Shown here: one piece after another, positions 63,789 to 64,000 of the stretch
Layout of the letters: every line of letters begins with the position of its first letter
Numbering within the stretch: the stretch's first letter is position 1
Origin: Schmidtea polychroa
Lineage: Eukaryota
Direction: 5' to 3'
DNA length: 64,000 bases
NCBI GenBank assembly: GCA_044892525.1
Contig: CM097885.1
Location: forward strand, 14,820,001 to 14,884,000
Notes under the pieces: generated by a model
Databases searched by the model: none
Told to the model about the DNA's origin: nothing
The model's input: the letters and a program-made list of their open reading frames with translations, nothing else
Position numbers and translations under genes: made by a program

Positions 63789-63824
63789 TTTTATAATAAA
63801 AATTTAAAAAATGATAAAAATCCG

Positions 63825-63909
63825 AACTCCGATAGCGCAGTGGGCTAGACTGGCACAGTGGTTCAAATGGATAGCGGTTCAAATCCTAACTACGGTTAGT
63901 TTTTTTTTT
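63825..63909 (+). ncRNA. Candidate Pol III type-2 small RNA (~80 nt), not a canonical tRNA
   Basis: A box TAGCGCAGTGG 63833-63843, B box GGTTCAAATCC 63876-63886, CTAAC-TACG-GTTAG hairpin 63886-63899, T10 terminator 63900-63909. Confidence 0.65.
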
Positions 63910-64000
63910 AACATAAAATAATATTAAAAATTTGAAAATAATATTGAAAATGGTGTGGGTATCTTAGATTTATATTTTATTTTATTTATTTTATTTTATT

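Larger units (their letters stand above)
50997..64000. mobile_element. Maverick/Polinton (adintovirus-like endogenous virus); right end beyond the window
   Basis: AG-starting terminus, subterminal tandem repeats, and an intronless, tightly packed set of pPolB, penton, protease, ATPase, rve integrase and capsid genes. Confidence 0.95.

Noticed and set aside
63826..63900. tRNA or suppressor tRNA for the integrase TAA
   Set aside because: The acceptor, anticodon and T stems do not pair as a cloverleaf, and there is no properly placed UUA anticodon.

Overview
Very AT-rich, intron-containing eukaryotic DNA. It is most likely an invertebrate animal (45-60 bp GT-AG introns, a motile-cilia gene); the species cannot be fixed from sequence alone. 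Bases 1-51 kb are a repeat-rich host region. It holds two near-complete but frameshifted Ty3/Gypsy LTR retrotransposons (24541-29254 + and 34262-38842 -), a solo LTR, nested hAT/pogo/piggyBac remnants, MITEs and satellites. It also holds three spliced host genes that the ORF track misses or only fragments: a 69-aa signal-peptide protein, a CFAP68-like ciliary protein and a 14-exon ankyrin-repeat gene. From 50997 to the window end lies a young, gene-dense Maverick/Polinton (adintovirus-like endogenous virus) inserted into a hAT fossil. It encodes pPolB, a membrane protein, a fibre-like protein, penton, adenain protease, a conserved unknown protein, a pX-like protein, a packaging ATPase, a ZnF-PLA2-integrase fusion with one premature stop, and the major capsid protein. 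Its right end is outside the window. Most notable: a compact Pol III-type small-RNA unit beside the capsid gene (candidate VA-RNA analogue), the PLA2-integrase fusion with a possible protease site, a self-complementary left terminus, and shared start-proximal motifs across the viral genes. All calls are by-eye motif recognition; no database searches were run.
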